NCBI GenBank assembly: GCA_052426225.1 | Contig: JBNJNM010000011.1 | Location: 1,922,001 to 1,986,000, forward strand | Length of the DNA: 64,000 nucleotides | Reading direction: 5' to 3' | Source: Zancudomyces culisetae HAW-14-8 | Taxonomy: Eukaryota > Fungi > Kickxellomycota | Part shown: positions 26,396-38,929 of the stretch, one piece after another | Numbering within the stretch: the stretch's first letter is position 1 | Layout of the letters: each line of letters opens with the position of its first letter | The notes under the pieces: generated by a model | Seen by the model: only the letters and a program-made list of their open reading frames with translations | What the model was told of the DNA's origin: nothing | The model's database searches: none | Position numbers and translations under genes: made by a program

Positions 26396-29300
26396 GTCTA
26401 ACAACTTTTCTATTTCTATTTCTGTTTCTATCTCTATTTCTATCTCTATTCCTAAGCTTATTCCTTATCTTGTCACTATCTCTTGCAGTGAAATTCATCA
26501 AAAGGCTAGTTAGTTATCCTAGTATGAGGTTTATTGTATTGCGCTATAGTATGGATATATTCAGGAGCCGGGATTATATCGCTAGAGGTTTATTTACTAG
26601 ACTGTTGTTTTAGTTTCTTTTGTTATTCTACTCGGTTAAAAGATATCATTAGATAGCTCTATTCTTAAAGTGTGTGGTAAATGAATGATTATAATGTCTA
26701 TATAATGATAGAAATAATAAAAAGGAAGGAGATAGACAAAATGTAATTCTTGGCTCTTTTTATATTATGTCCTTTTTCTTTTTTTTTCTTTTACATTCTC
26801 TCTTGTTGTCCCTCTCTCACCCCATCCCACCAACCTTCCCCCCCCCCCCAAATTTCTAATTATTATTTGATTATTTGATTATTAGGTTTTTTGACTATTT
26901 TTTCTCTTGAATTCTCTAGATTTTATTATTAGTAATTTTAATTAAATCTACTAACCAATCAATAAAATATAATCTCAACCGCAGCTACATTATTATTTTT
27001 CTCTTGTTACATTTCTATATGCATTTTTTTTCTGTGTTCACATTTATTAACTTTTAAAATAACCGATACCTTGATTTACACGATAAAAAAATACATGGTT
27101 AAAAATAATATATTTAATAATGCTAAATCCAATAATAGCTACATTAAATATACATAGTCAAGAAAAAATGGTAAAGGATTGGGATAGGATGGGATGGGAT
27201 GTGATATGATATGATGTGATGGCGGCAACATCAGGGTTTACAATGACTGATAATAAAAATTCATTGTTTTTTGGTTGGTACAAAATTGCGTTTTACAACA
27301 TTCAAAGTTTAAAAGCTGAGTTTTGAAAGGGTTTTTTTTCTGCATTAGCCTAGATGTACTTTATCACTTGCAACATAATCACAAGGACGCTTTGGTAGAT
27401 GTGGCCATCTGACCTACTTTATTTATTTAGTATATGTTATTAGCTAGTTTTATAAATCTAGTCTTTGATATTCTTATTAAATCTTCCTCATCTCTCCATC
27501 ACTTTATATATTACACCTACTTTTTATTACATCTCCCCATCCTCCCTCTTACCCTCACCCTCAACCTCACCCCCCCCCCAAAAAAACGTGTTTTTTTGCT
27601 TTCCTACCTTTTAATAATTGATAATTTAATATATTAGGAAATATTTATTCAGTACACTCCGAATTACACGAGAATAAATTTGAAACACATGTTTAATTTA
27701 TTTTTATCCTTTTTTTTAAAAAGAAAAAAGTCTACTATCTATTACAATTTGGTAAATTCATCGATTTCATCGATATTACTAACACTAAACCACTAGTACA
27801 CGTTTATATTATTAAACATTAAATGCAAATTTACAAGTTCTTGACCTTTATTCCAACTTTTATTTATAATATCATAGAAAAAAAATACCTCCCCACCCAC
27901 TCACCCACTCACCCACTCATCAACCACTATCACTTACAACTCTCTTCTTCCCTCTTTGGTATTAATGTTATTCCAATTATTAATAATCTAAACTTGTACA
28001 TTCCAACGTTTTTTCCTTATTTTTCTACCAGGGCTTTAATTTTTATTATTATTTATTTTTGTTTAATTTATTTTTTGGTATAATCACATTATGCAGTCCA
28101 AATAAAAATCAAAATACATGCGATTTCCAGTATATCCAACAAAACCCCAATAACGATATATTTCACCAACAATTAGGACGGATTAATATTGAATTTTATC
28201 TCCGTCCTTAATTTCCTGTCAATCGAACTTTCTTGGTGATTTATTCTCTTATTTATAATATATTGTTATGGCTTGAATAATAGCATGATGTTTATTCTTT
28301 TCACTTTAATTTTCACTTTCTCCACTTTTTTATTCTTACTTTCACATTATCTCTTCAGCTTTTAGCCTTAAAGATTTATTAAAAGAAAAGTGATCAGAAA
28401 TAAACTGTTTTCCATCCATTCAAAAGTTTTATTATTATTAATTTTTGGTTCCATTTTGTGATCAGATTAGTAATAAATTGATTGAAATTATATTAATCAG
28501 TCCTGCGTAGTGAATTAACATGTATATAAAACATAATTTAGCAAAAATAAATAGAACCTTTTATCCATACATATCTAGCCAATCCCTCCCCCTCCGGCTT
28601 CTCCTATAGACTCGCTAACCCTTCCTTTACATTAGTCCATGGAAATATTTTTTTTTTTATCTCCGTCTCCCATTCCCTTACCAAAGCAACATGTGAAATA
28701 TAACTAATTTAGTATATTTTAAATTGTTATAATACATTGTTGTATTTTATTCTTTAATGTGATAAGAGTAGAAAAAAAATAAAACCTCAACTCTGGATCA
28801 ATCCAAAAAAGCAAACAAAAAACGTGTATCCCACTTGAACATTCACCCCGATTGCAACTCATAATACTAGTCCACAAAGAGCTCTGATTGCAACAATCAT
28901 GCCAGGAGTTTGTAACATCATGAGTCATTTTTCCAGAGATACGCAGCAATCTTATAAATTTTTTGAGCTTCTTTTATCCTTCACTTTTTATTTGCTATAT
29001 TCGCTTATTTGACTGTTATTAATGCAATGTTACTGCACCACCAAAGAAACAGAATAAAAAAAATTGTTGTAAAAGAATTGTAAAAAAAAAAAATTTTTTT
29101 TTAATTGAAATTCGATGAGTGACAATTAGTAGTATACATTATCAATGTCAAAATTTGTACGACATTGTACGATTAAAAAGTCTAGTATGACTGGACCACT
29201 TATAAGAAATGATGTTCCGATCACTTTTTATAACTACACAAACTTTTCTAAAAGCATGGTCTGATACCTAAAGAGGTAAAAATGTTATAAATTCATATTT

Positions 29301-31740
29301 ATGCGCAATTTATGAGTAAACACCTTGTGTTCTACACTAGTAAAAAAAAAAACATAACCAGATGAGTTAGTACGATATTGATAGTATGGTTACTAAAAAC
29401 ACTCGTCTAATACTATGTGACGCATGTCAATGTCGTTATTTTGACAATAAAAGTGAACCGACTCAACGTTAGACACAAAATCCGTCACCAGAGCCAAAGT
29501 TCATGGGGGAGGTCGTAGTGATGTAAAAAAAAATTTTTTTTTTGCATGTATGATTAGGTTTATTTTTTGTTAGAAAGGTACAAGAGTTTCATATCTGCTG
29601 TTACTATAGCTGGGTTCAATGGAGTGAAGTTCGGATTATGGTCACACATATTAATATAATCATATTGCTATACTAATAATTATATTTTAAAAAACCAGGT
29701 ATGGTCTCCAATACACACTTTATTAACATTGATACAAAGAAAGTAAATATAGTACAATCAATAATACCATTATAATAATTACCAAAAAAAAATACTAAAA
29801 GATATTGATAATAAACTCATTATATACTTATGGCTGAGTACAAGGTTTGCGAAAAATAATCTACATGTGAACTCACATTTTTTGCTATTCCATTTGGAAG
29901 GCTTAGAAGATGGCATGAAGAATAATGGATGTGTCTTTATACAGTTTGAGCCTTTTTTATACGGGTTTGAGATTTGGAATTGTATTCTCGTCATTTCTTT
30001 ATTCATTGAAAGTACACATTTTTAGAATTTTAATTTTAGTGTATGCATTACGAGTAGGTGGGTGGTATTACTTTAAAACCTAAATCTAGAAATCAACCGA
30101 TGAGACCAACCCAAGTTTAAAATTTAACAGAAAATGTGGGCCTTATATGGATGGTTTTCATTTAACTGACCCTTTTGGTATTTTAAATATATAACTTGCA
30201 AGAACACACTCTCTCTTTTATAAGTAATCAATTTTATAGTCGTTAACATATTAATGATATTAAAATTTGAAATATTTCCAATAGTTGGGGAAAACGAAAT
30301 ACCCGAATATAAATTCTTATAAAAATTATAGCCAAAGGGAGTTAAAGAGTCAGATGGGGCCAAACAGATATATGTTCAAAAGTTACAGTCATAATAACAA
30401 TCATCTTGATAATCTAACGATTAATTCGATTAAGGCGATCAAACGTTTTTTATATTTTTTCTGCAATAAAAAGTTTTTTTTCTAGTTTGTTATTCAATGG
30501 TAAACAGATAAACTCAATAGATCAACAATAAATAGCGCAAACACAAGATTATCTACAATAATAAATTAATATTTAAAAGCACAAACAGTTCTAATTCGCC
30601 AAAGAAACAGAACACATGTCACATTGAGCCTAGATTGCGCTGTGGTTCTGAAACCATGAACAGGATACAAACAGGGATATGCACTTTATCTCGCCAATAT
30701 AGTCGAAGCATACCTCTATCTGGGGATATATAATCACTAAAAGTAATATAAACAGTTAAAAGATTGTTTTTGTCAAGTATCAATATGAAGTTTCACTAGG
30801 TTAAAAGTTTCAAATTAAAACTTTTATCAAGATCATTGTTGGTAGCTACAAATTCAATTATTAGTAAATTAATATCCTCCTGGTTCGTAGCAGAGGTGAT
30901 GTATTGGCGTTATAATCGAACCGCTTCTTATTTCCTAGTTGTACTGGTACTAATATTAGTTTTAGTTGTGAATTATCTTTGGTATTATTTATTGAAATGA
31001 AGAAAAGCAATGTCTGCTTATCCGTTCATACAAATTAGTTTCTATATCTACTATATATTTATTAACTGGAAAATTTAAAAAGTATCTAGGATTAATTGTC
31101 CAACAAAATGATAACATTATGTGAAGAGTACACTGGTACGCTGAACATATACAGTACACTTTTAATAAAATACATGGATACCAACAGTCCTACGATTATT
31201 ATTTAATGAATTATTTTACTAACCCCCAAACCACTGCCTAGTATTTCATTTTCAATCCCTATTTTGTGCAAAATAACTCCTAAACTATGTTGAATTCACC
31301 ACAAAGAACCTAAAACACGTTAAAAAAGATGAGTAATGAATAGTTATATAGTAATCAAGTAGCACCTTTGTTCCTCCAACAACCCTGTTCTTATACTTTT
31401 CTGGAAGTTTGGCAAAATAATTTTAATCGAGTTGTTTTTGTAAGATGATTTTTGTGCCATTCTCATGGTTCAACATTGATCCTTTTATTGTAATTTAAAC
31501 CGTGTCATGATAATTTAGAACTATCATGCTAGCCATACCTAGAAAATAGAGTCACAGGTTCTACTATCATTTTTGCAAAGCTGGATAATTATTTGTATTT
31601 ATTAATTTTAGTAGTATGATTAATGTCATCTATCATAACAGTTTTGTGGGTTCGAAAAGCAAAAGTTAAATGAATAGCATGTAAAAATTAATATATAATA
31701 CAACCGCAATCATATTTATATCACTATTTCCCTATATTGA

Positions 31741-32838
31741 TCAGAGCAATGACAAAACCAAAAGGGGAATTGCCAGTAAAAGAGGTGTAATCGGTTTTGA
31801 AAGAAAGCTGATTGATTTTGAGCTGGAGCTGTTCACAGTAGAACTGGAGCTATCTTGTGGATTGGTAGATTTGTCGTTAGTAGAATTGCCAGAAGGCGCT
31901 GTCTGCTTTTCATCTAAAAGGATTGATTTATCAATGCCTGTAACATTCGCAATCCAGTCAACATAGTTATATAGATGTGTGAAGTAGTTTAGTGATCCAT
32001 TTTCCCCAAATTCACCCTCATTAGAATTAGATGGAGTAGTAACTCCAAAAGTCAAACCAACAAGCAGGTTAGTCCCATTATTTGTATAGACTAGTGGTCC
32101 TCCGGAATCTCTGTAGTACACGCTTTTGTTGTCTTTAACAACTGTACAAATGATAGGGCCGTCATTACCGGTCCAAAACTCGAATTCCAGTTCGCAATAT
32201 TTTGAAGACGAAGGCGATACAGTTATTTTATTTAAAGTGCGGGAAAGTCCATATCCTCTATCAATCGAAGTTGTACCCCAACCCGCTGTAGTCAACATCA
32301 TATCATCCGTAACTTTTCCGCTATAAATCCTTACTGGCGTTGCAACGTCTTTTGGTACTGGTTGGGACAACTCAATCAATGCTATCCTAGTCACTTCATT
32401 TGATTCTCCTGAAGGGGAAAAGTCTGGAAAAGCATAATATTTCTTTACATTGTATGACTGTACATCTGTTTCTAAGCCATTTATATCGGTGCCAAATGTA
32501 ACAGAAATATCACTAGGTTTACGGTCAAAGCTTCCATCATAAAAACATACGCTCAAAGTCACCATAAACTTGTCTGAAATCAGTAAGCCTGCACAAAACC
32601 CAGTTGAGCAACTAAACCGTACCACTATACCTCCCATATATGGGAATTCTTCGATTTTTGCTGGCTCCCCGCCTATAATCCTTGCATTGTTTTGAAAATT
32701 CGCGGTACTATTAACCAACTTGTTGGTGGCAAGACGCGAGCCGCAGAACGCATCAGCAGCAGATGCTGGGCTCAGACTGGAAAAGGCTAGTGTTGTCACT
32801 ATAGCTTTTAAAACTGTTTGTTTGACAGAGAACATCAT
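31741..32838 (-). CDS. Trypsin-family (S1A) serine protease homolog, predicted inactive, secreted and GPI-anchor-like
   Basis: Signal peptide, R|IIGG activation site, CAGLLI, AGWG and DSGGPL. His motif reads TLSVC and Asp motif reads RIALIEL. Ser/Thr linker plus hydrophobic C-terminal tail. Confidence 0.9.
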   Translation of the reverse strand: MMFSVKQTVLKAIVTTLAFSSLSPASAADAFCGSRLATNKLVNSTANFQNNARIIGGEPAKIEEFPYMGGIVVRFSCSTGFCAGLLISDKFMVTLSVCFYDGSFDRKPSDISVTFGTDINGLETDVQSYNVKKYYAFPDFSPSGESNEVTRIALIELSQPVPKDVATPVRIYSGKVTDDMMLTTAGWGTTSIDRGYGLSRTLNKITVSPSSSKYCELEFEFWTGNDGPIICTVVKDNKSVYYRDSGGPLVYTNNGTNLLVGLTFGVTTPSNSNEGEFGENGSLNYFTHLYNYVDWIANVTGIDKSILLDEKQTAPSGNSTNDKSTNPQDSSSSTVNSSSSKSISFLSKPITPLLLAIPLLVLSLL

Positions 32839-35240
32839 TTCAGTAATCCGTCTTTTTACTAATTAATTGTAAGGTATACGATATTAAGGGATAAAAGGAT
32901 AATTAAGATGGGGTTTATGTCTTGGAATTCTAACAACACCCTTTATATCCTATTCTGGGTAATAATTTTATTTCAATCTCACTTTATCTTGTTGACGCTT
33001 ATTGGTTTTAGTGTTCTATGGAATTGATTTGGTATTGTTTTTGATTTGATTTAGGTTAAATATTTATTAGATTATTGATTTGGATTTAGTGTAACAGCTT
33101 TTGTTTGCCTTTATTGGATTTCCTAAGCTTTCTGACATTTGAAACTTTTTTTTGGTGACTAAATATATTTAATTGTATTTTTGGCCTAGTAATTGATGCG
33201 CAGCATCAAACGATTTAACTGAAATAGTAAAAAATAGATTTAATAACAAATATAGCATAACCAAGAAGCTTGTAATGCCAATTGTTGAGCGACCAACAAA
33301 TTAATAACAAAATAAAACCTGTAAAAAAGCTTGATGAAATCAATAAAAAGTCAGTCACACCTATTAAGCATTTTCAACCTATTAAAATTATCGAAAAGTG
33401 ATAATTCCATCTTATTTTTAGTATTTTTTCTGGAAGCGGTGGTTTGGTACACAAAGATTGCATACAACAAAAGAGAAATAGATAGATGGTAAATGAGCTC
33501 GATTGGTATCATATCCATTCGGAGCCTAACCAAATTGAAAGTGATAGTATATTGGTAAAATGCGCTTTTCCTGTAAATATAACCATAGAAGAGCCATAAG
33601 CATTGGTTGAGTGTAGAATATGAAAAATAGTAACATGAACTCAAAAAGACTTGGACGAATTCCTTTATCGACATTACTCAGCTTTGTAACATTTAGCTTC
33701 AGCTTTTACTTTTGCACTTTCTTTGGTTACAGAAAGGGGTATATCCTACCATTAATCAACAGTTTCAGCATAGTCAACGCATCAGTTGTCCTGTTCAAAA
33801 GACCCTTGCTTTCATTAGCTTCTGGATAGTTAGATCAATAAGTTTATTTTCACATAAACCTAAAAATGATGATCACCTGTTGTTTTCCAACAATAAGCGT
33901 TTGTTCAGATCAGTTATTAATTGATATGCTATTTCCATTAAGCCAAGGAACCCAAGAGCCGTTCACACAAAAATTCACTAGCACCAATCTTTCAGTTCTG
34001 GGCGTGACAAGTCAAGAACAAGTTTAAATATTTGCTGGATACTTGAAACTAGAAAGAGAATTGCAAGAGTTGAAACCATCCAAGAAATACTAAACAGTTA
34101 CGGCATGTTTGGTATTTGTGCTAGTATACCACATAGTCTAGTTGATTCATACACGCTACTATGAAGTATTGACTTGATTATCATGTCAAAACAAACATAT
34201 GATAAGCAAAAAATAATGTAATAAACTATACAGATATAATAAATTATGCCCAAGGTCTATAAACACTGTAGAATGGTTTAAGAGGATTTGAAAGGAAAAA
34301 AAACATGACAAAAATGAATATTGAGGACATGTCTATAGAAATATTGCACTTGCACGACGAACTTATTAAATAAACACCAATATAGAAGCAATAAGGTAAC
34401 AAACATGATTATCCAATCACTCTCATTTTGTCTTTCTAAGAACTTCATACTTACCAGCTGTTGGTTCAATCTACGCCTAGACTTCGATTTTAATTAATTC
34501 CTATTTAATTTCTAGGAAATAAATTAAATTCACTATATACCTAAACTTTTGATATGTGGCAGCAACGAAGTTTAACGAAATTGATCACCGAAATTCTGGC
34601 TTTTTCTTATTATCAAAAGTGTTCTTGATTTTTTTAGTTGATCGTATTATAAACCAGTAAACTTTTATTAACAAAAGTTAAATTGGCTAGTTCATTGTCC
34701 ATTTCAAAATTAATATATTTCTTGATCTACAAATTCGCTGTTTCAATATAATTGCTACAAGCGAATGGATACAACTCTGGCGAACGAAATTACAACTATT
34801 ATCTTCTAAAACCACTATTTACACTATAAACAGAGTTTGTCTCCCTCTATTTTTTATTCTCTGCCAGTGAAATTTCAGATAGTGTTTCGCCAATACGCAA
34901 AATTGATAAACGTAGATCTATTCAACTACACCAGCTTCAAATAAAAACCAGGTCAAGAGCAGAATAACTTTAAATTACCCTCAAAATAAAAAAATGTACA
35001 ATTGCTAGAATTTAAACGTGAGTTTATTCAATTAAGCTAGATGTATGAATATATAACAGACTAATAATAATATGTTATTGATGCTATTCTATACCACAAT
35101 AATGATGTACAAAGCCTCCTCCAAAAAACAATTTACTAATGTATTACAACGTATAAAAAATATTGAGTGGTATTAACATTATCTTGTGTATTAGTGTATT
35201 AATAATGTGAATTGTGAGACTATTGTGCCTTTATCAAAAG

Positions 35241-35248
35241 TATATAAA
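35241..35248 (+). promoter_or_regulatory. Putative TATA box
   Basis: TATATAAA ~120 nt upstream of the ATG at 35360, followed by an A/C-rich leader. Confidence 0.5.
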
Positions 35249-35359
35249 GGTAAGGTTTTTACCACATAATTTAAACAAAACACAACATCATTTCAACCAG
35301 AAAAAAAAACAAACAGACCAAAAACAAAACAAAACCAAACCAAATCACAAATAGCCAAA

Positions 35360-35914
35360 ATGTTCAAATCAGTATTAGTCAGTGCCTTGCTCCTAGGTTC
35401 AACCATGGCCAGTGCAGTAAAACTAAACAATGCCCAGCAGGAATACAACAATGACCTTGCCGATTCCAAATACAACAATGATCTTGCTAATACTGAATAC
35501 AACAACGACCTAGCTGATTCTGAATACAACAATGACCTAGCCGATTCTGAATACAATAATGATATGTCTGGTTGTGAATTCAATGATATGCGTGGTAGTG
35601 GCCGTGGTGGACGCAAGGCCAAGAGAACAAGTGTTAGATTGTACAAGGCTGCTAACTTTGGTCAAAAAATCAGCAAGCGCAGCGTCAGACGCGGAAAGTG
35701 CTACAACACTGATGAATTCGCATCAATCAAGCTTGGAAAGAAGAGTGGATTGACCAAGCCAGGAAAGGGTGTTATTGTGGTCTGTGCAGCAAAGGATTGT
35801 ACTGGAAAATGTCAAATCGTCCGCAGATCATCATCCAAGACCATTGCCAATGTAGCTGATGTTCTTGGAGGAAACGCAGTTTCATTTGCTTGGCTCAAGG
35901 TCAAGAGAACCTAA
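35360..35914 (+). CDS. Secreted pre-pro-protein: acidic EYNNDLADS repeats, dibasic KR site, cationic beta/gamma-crystallin-like (killer-toxin-like) domain
   Basis: Signal peptide, five 9-aa repeats and RKAKR, then VRLYKAANFG...GKCYN...VVCAAKDCTGKC...AVSF, which resembles paired Greek-key motifs. Confidence 0.8.
   Translation: MFKSVLVSALLLGSTMASAVKLNNAQQEYNNDLADSKYNNDLANTEYNNDLADSEYNNDLADSEYNNDMSGCEFNDMRGSGRGGRKAKRTSVRLYKAANFGQKISKRSVRRGKCYNTDEFASIKLGKKSGLTKPGKGVIVVCAAKDCTGKCQIVRRSSSKTIANVADVLGGNAVSFAWLKVKRT
35441..35589 (+). repeat. 27-bp coding tandem repeat (about 5.5 units)
   Basis: GAATACAACAATGACCT(T/A)GC(C/T)GATTC-type units visible. Confidence 0.9.
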
Positions 35915-37339
35915 TTTCTAGGTTTTAGATTTTCATCCTATTAAATAAAACGTTAACTGCATGGATTTTTATTTCAATTTCATTCTTTTAAAAAACATGA
36001 AGAGGTAATTTTAAAATAAAATCATTTTAACAATCAACTGTGACCACAATATATTTAAAAAAAAGCACAAAGTAAATAAAACGGATATACTACCCATTCA
36101 AAGAAAAATAACTAAAAAAAACTATTTAGACTAATACTTTTTAGATATTATTTAGAATAGACCTGTGATATATTTAGCTCCGCAGTTAATGTAAATATCA
36201 TAGAAACAAGGTCTGGTTGCTAACCCTGGATATGTTGAGTATATCCATACAAGTGTTAAAAAATTTAGTAACAATTCATGTGCTAACATCTTTAATAAAC
36301 AGGTCAAAATCAGATGATACATTCTTGATTTTTGAATCAAATGAGAGTTAGTATTGAGTCTTAACTATACGAGTAGGCAGTTGACTGCTGATGAACTGGT
36401 ACTTTTAAAAATCTTGTTTCTGACATGCTAATTCTTGGTAAGTGATAATGGATTGAAGAGAGACAGTAGACGGGTATAGCAAAGACAAGTATAGCAAAGA
36501 CAAGTGCTTATTCTTTGAGCATTTTGAGTAAGGGTAGAGTCTCAATAATTTATTGTGTTAGTTTTAAGGATGTTATCGGTTTTTACTGAATTTGTTTAAT
36601 TTGTAGTCAGACACAAATAACACAAATAACACAAGTTATTCAGGAACCGCAACATAGTATAAAGCCTACCACCGGCTATTTAATAGTTCCATCATATTTA
36701 ATATTTCTAAATGTATTTACATGTAAAGTAGTTGATGTTCAAGATCCAATTGCATCGTTAATACGGGCAAAAAGAAACGAGTTTTTGGATCCAGTTTGAC
36801 CTTAGTGAGCAACTTTATAGAACGTAAAAAAGTTGTCAAAAGAGTATTATCTATCTCAAAAATACCTACACAAGTCAATGCCACAAACTTTGTTTTACAA
36901 CTTTGCAATATGGTGCAAATCACTGTATACTAGATCCCTGGGTTTACCAATTGCTTCAGTCAAGCTAAATTGCGTTGAATGGATCCTTAATTTTTATTTC
37001 TACCAATCTATGTCTATTCTAAAGTCGAGTTTCATAAAGAATCTAGTATACAAAAAAATTAAACTTTGAATATTTAGGTACAGGCTGATAACCGCTTTAT
37101 TGAACAACTTAGGTTTAAGAGCCATAATAAACATTAGCTATAATATATGATATTTTGTTTATTCATTTATTCCAGAAATAAAATAACCAGGAACAATATA
37201 AAGAGTGACTAAAGATATGAAAGTATTGAATAAAACGAAATCAATTATACTATTCTATTATTCAGGTACAAGATAAACTGTCATCCTCACATTACCCATC
37301 TCAGTTAATACTAAATAGTCAATAATATATAAATATCTG

Positions 37340-38140
37340 TAAATATAAATTTGATTAACTAATATTGGAGAGTAATAACCATATGTAAATCATTTGGATA
37401 AATTTGATTTAAATAATAACATACTGCAGTGCGTTGTTGGATTTAATACGGAATACTAAGAATTAAGGTTGAGAAACCAAAAATACAAAATTTAATAACA
37501 ATATAAATCAGCTAAATTGTAAAGAAAACTCAAAAACTAAAAATGACTAATAATAAAGAAAATGTAAGCATATAAGTAACATTAAACTAGAACAATGTTT
37601 AAGAAAAAGTTTAAAAAAAGTATTTAAATAGGTGTATCAATAGTTTAATACAGAGTAAAATGAAATATTGAAAATGTATGATAAAAAGTAACCACAAGCT
37701 AAAGATGGAGTAGCTCTAAATATAACACAATTTGATTAAATATGGCCATTGGTGTTTTTTATTAAGTAGGATCATATATAAACAACGGAAAATCACTAAA
37801 AGATTCTTTAGCTATTCTAGTAGTTTTAATAAGTAAAAGAAAACAAGATAAATAGTAAAAATTGTGGACAGAAGTTAAAGATGGTAATAATTAAGTTTAT
37901 TTGAAATACTGCTACGACTAGTTAATAAATATCAAGTATAAAGATAAAAGAAAACTGTTAAAATCGCATTATCAACATGCCAGGATTCGTGAGTAAAATC
38001 TGAACCGCATTGATACAGACAGCTAAAGATGAGGGTCGATAATCATCTAATAGTGATCGTTCGGGAGCGGCTTCAGTGGAGTTAGATCCCGAAGAATCAC
38101 GTAATCCGTTTGCTGATATCATAAATCATGTTTTTTATCA
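37340..38140 (+). mobile_element. Degenerate interspersed repeat / pseudogenised ORF, copy 1
   Basis: Aligns to the reverse complement of ~62530-63230. From 37977 it reads MPGFVSKI*TALIQTAKDEGR*SSNSDRSGAASVELDPEESRNPFADII, with in-frame stops. Confidence 0.65.
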
Positions 38141-38812
38141 AACAAAGAGCCCAACAGGATATATATGATTGCTCACGATACCATCCGCAAATAGTCCAAA
38201 CCATTTTGCAATATATATTTGTTAGAACAACATGCTGAATAATATAATAGCAAAAGAGTTGTGATTATTTTATTTAATCTTTGATAAATGTGTTTAATAA
38301 AAAATGCTTATTGTCAGTAAAAACAAATAGTTAGAAAATTATTAAAATAATGTTAAACAAACTCTTTAGTGTAAAAAAAAAAAGTCAAGAATTAAAATAA
38401 ATTTCAACTATAATGATCACTAAGCTCGGTAAAGCAAAGATTAAGTCTGCTTTACTCAAGCCTAAATCTCTTGACTTGTAATTTTTTGCTATATTATTAA
38501 ACAAACTACTATAAACTATATATGAATAAAAGTATGATGATTAAGTAATGTAATATTCACAGGCCATAAAATGCATATGTATAAAAGTTTAGTTTAGAGT
38601 ATTAATGTGATTAAGTTTGACTAACTACTAGCCTATATAAACGATGTCAGTTTCGTCTATCACAAATAACAATATAGATAATTTCAAAAACTCCGTATTA
38701 CTTTCGTTAGTAGTCCTGAAACTCTACTATAAGACTTTTCACTATCGAAAAAAACCAACATCAACATTGAAAAGAAATGTAAACAAATCAAAATAACTGA
38801 GCAAAAAGTAAA

Positions 38813-38886
38813 TGCTCTGTACAGGGATCGAACCTGTGACCTTGGCGTTATTAGCACCACGCTCTAACCAGCTGAGCTAACAGAGC
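38813..38886 (-). tRNA. tRNA-Ile (AAT)
   Basis: GCTCTGT/ACAGAGC acceptor stem, A box TAGCTCAGCTGG, anticodon loop CTAATAA, B box GGTTCGATCC. Confidence 0.96.
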
Positions 38887-38929
38887 TTGTACTTGTTGAA
38901 TTCGTTTTCATTTTTTAGTACTAGTCCAA

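Noticed and set aside
26278-26613. 111-aa hydrophobic ORF on the + strand
   Set aside because: Generated by an antisense microsatellite (FLFLSL); the minus-strand Cys-rich ORF has paralog support
29078-29545. Segment bounded by two A-run/T-run palindromes, possible MITE
   Set aside because: Similarity is limited to homopolymers; no convincing terminal inverted repeat or target-site duplication
33351-34130. Slightly GC-elevated stretch with short ORFs on both strands
   Set aside because: Could be a decayed gene, but no recognisable motif or consistent frame was found
35441-35589. Regularly spaced repeats as a CRISPR-like array (also 60426-61020)
   Set aside because: In-frame coding tandem repeats without unique spacers, in a eukaryotic context
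36388-36420. CTGATGA hammerhead core
   Set aside because: No stem II followed by GAAA and no flanking helices
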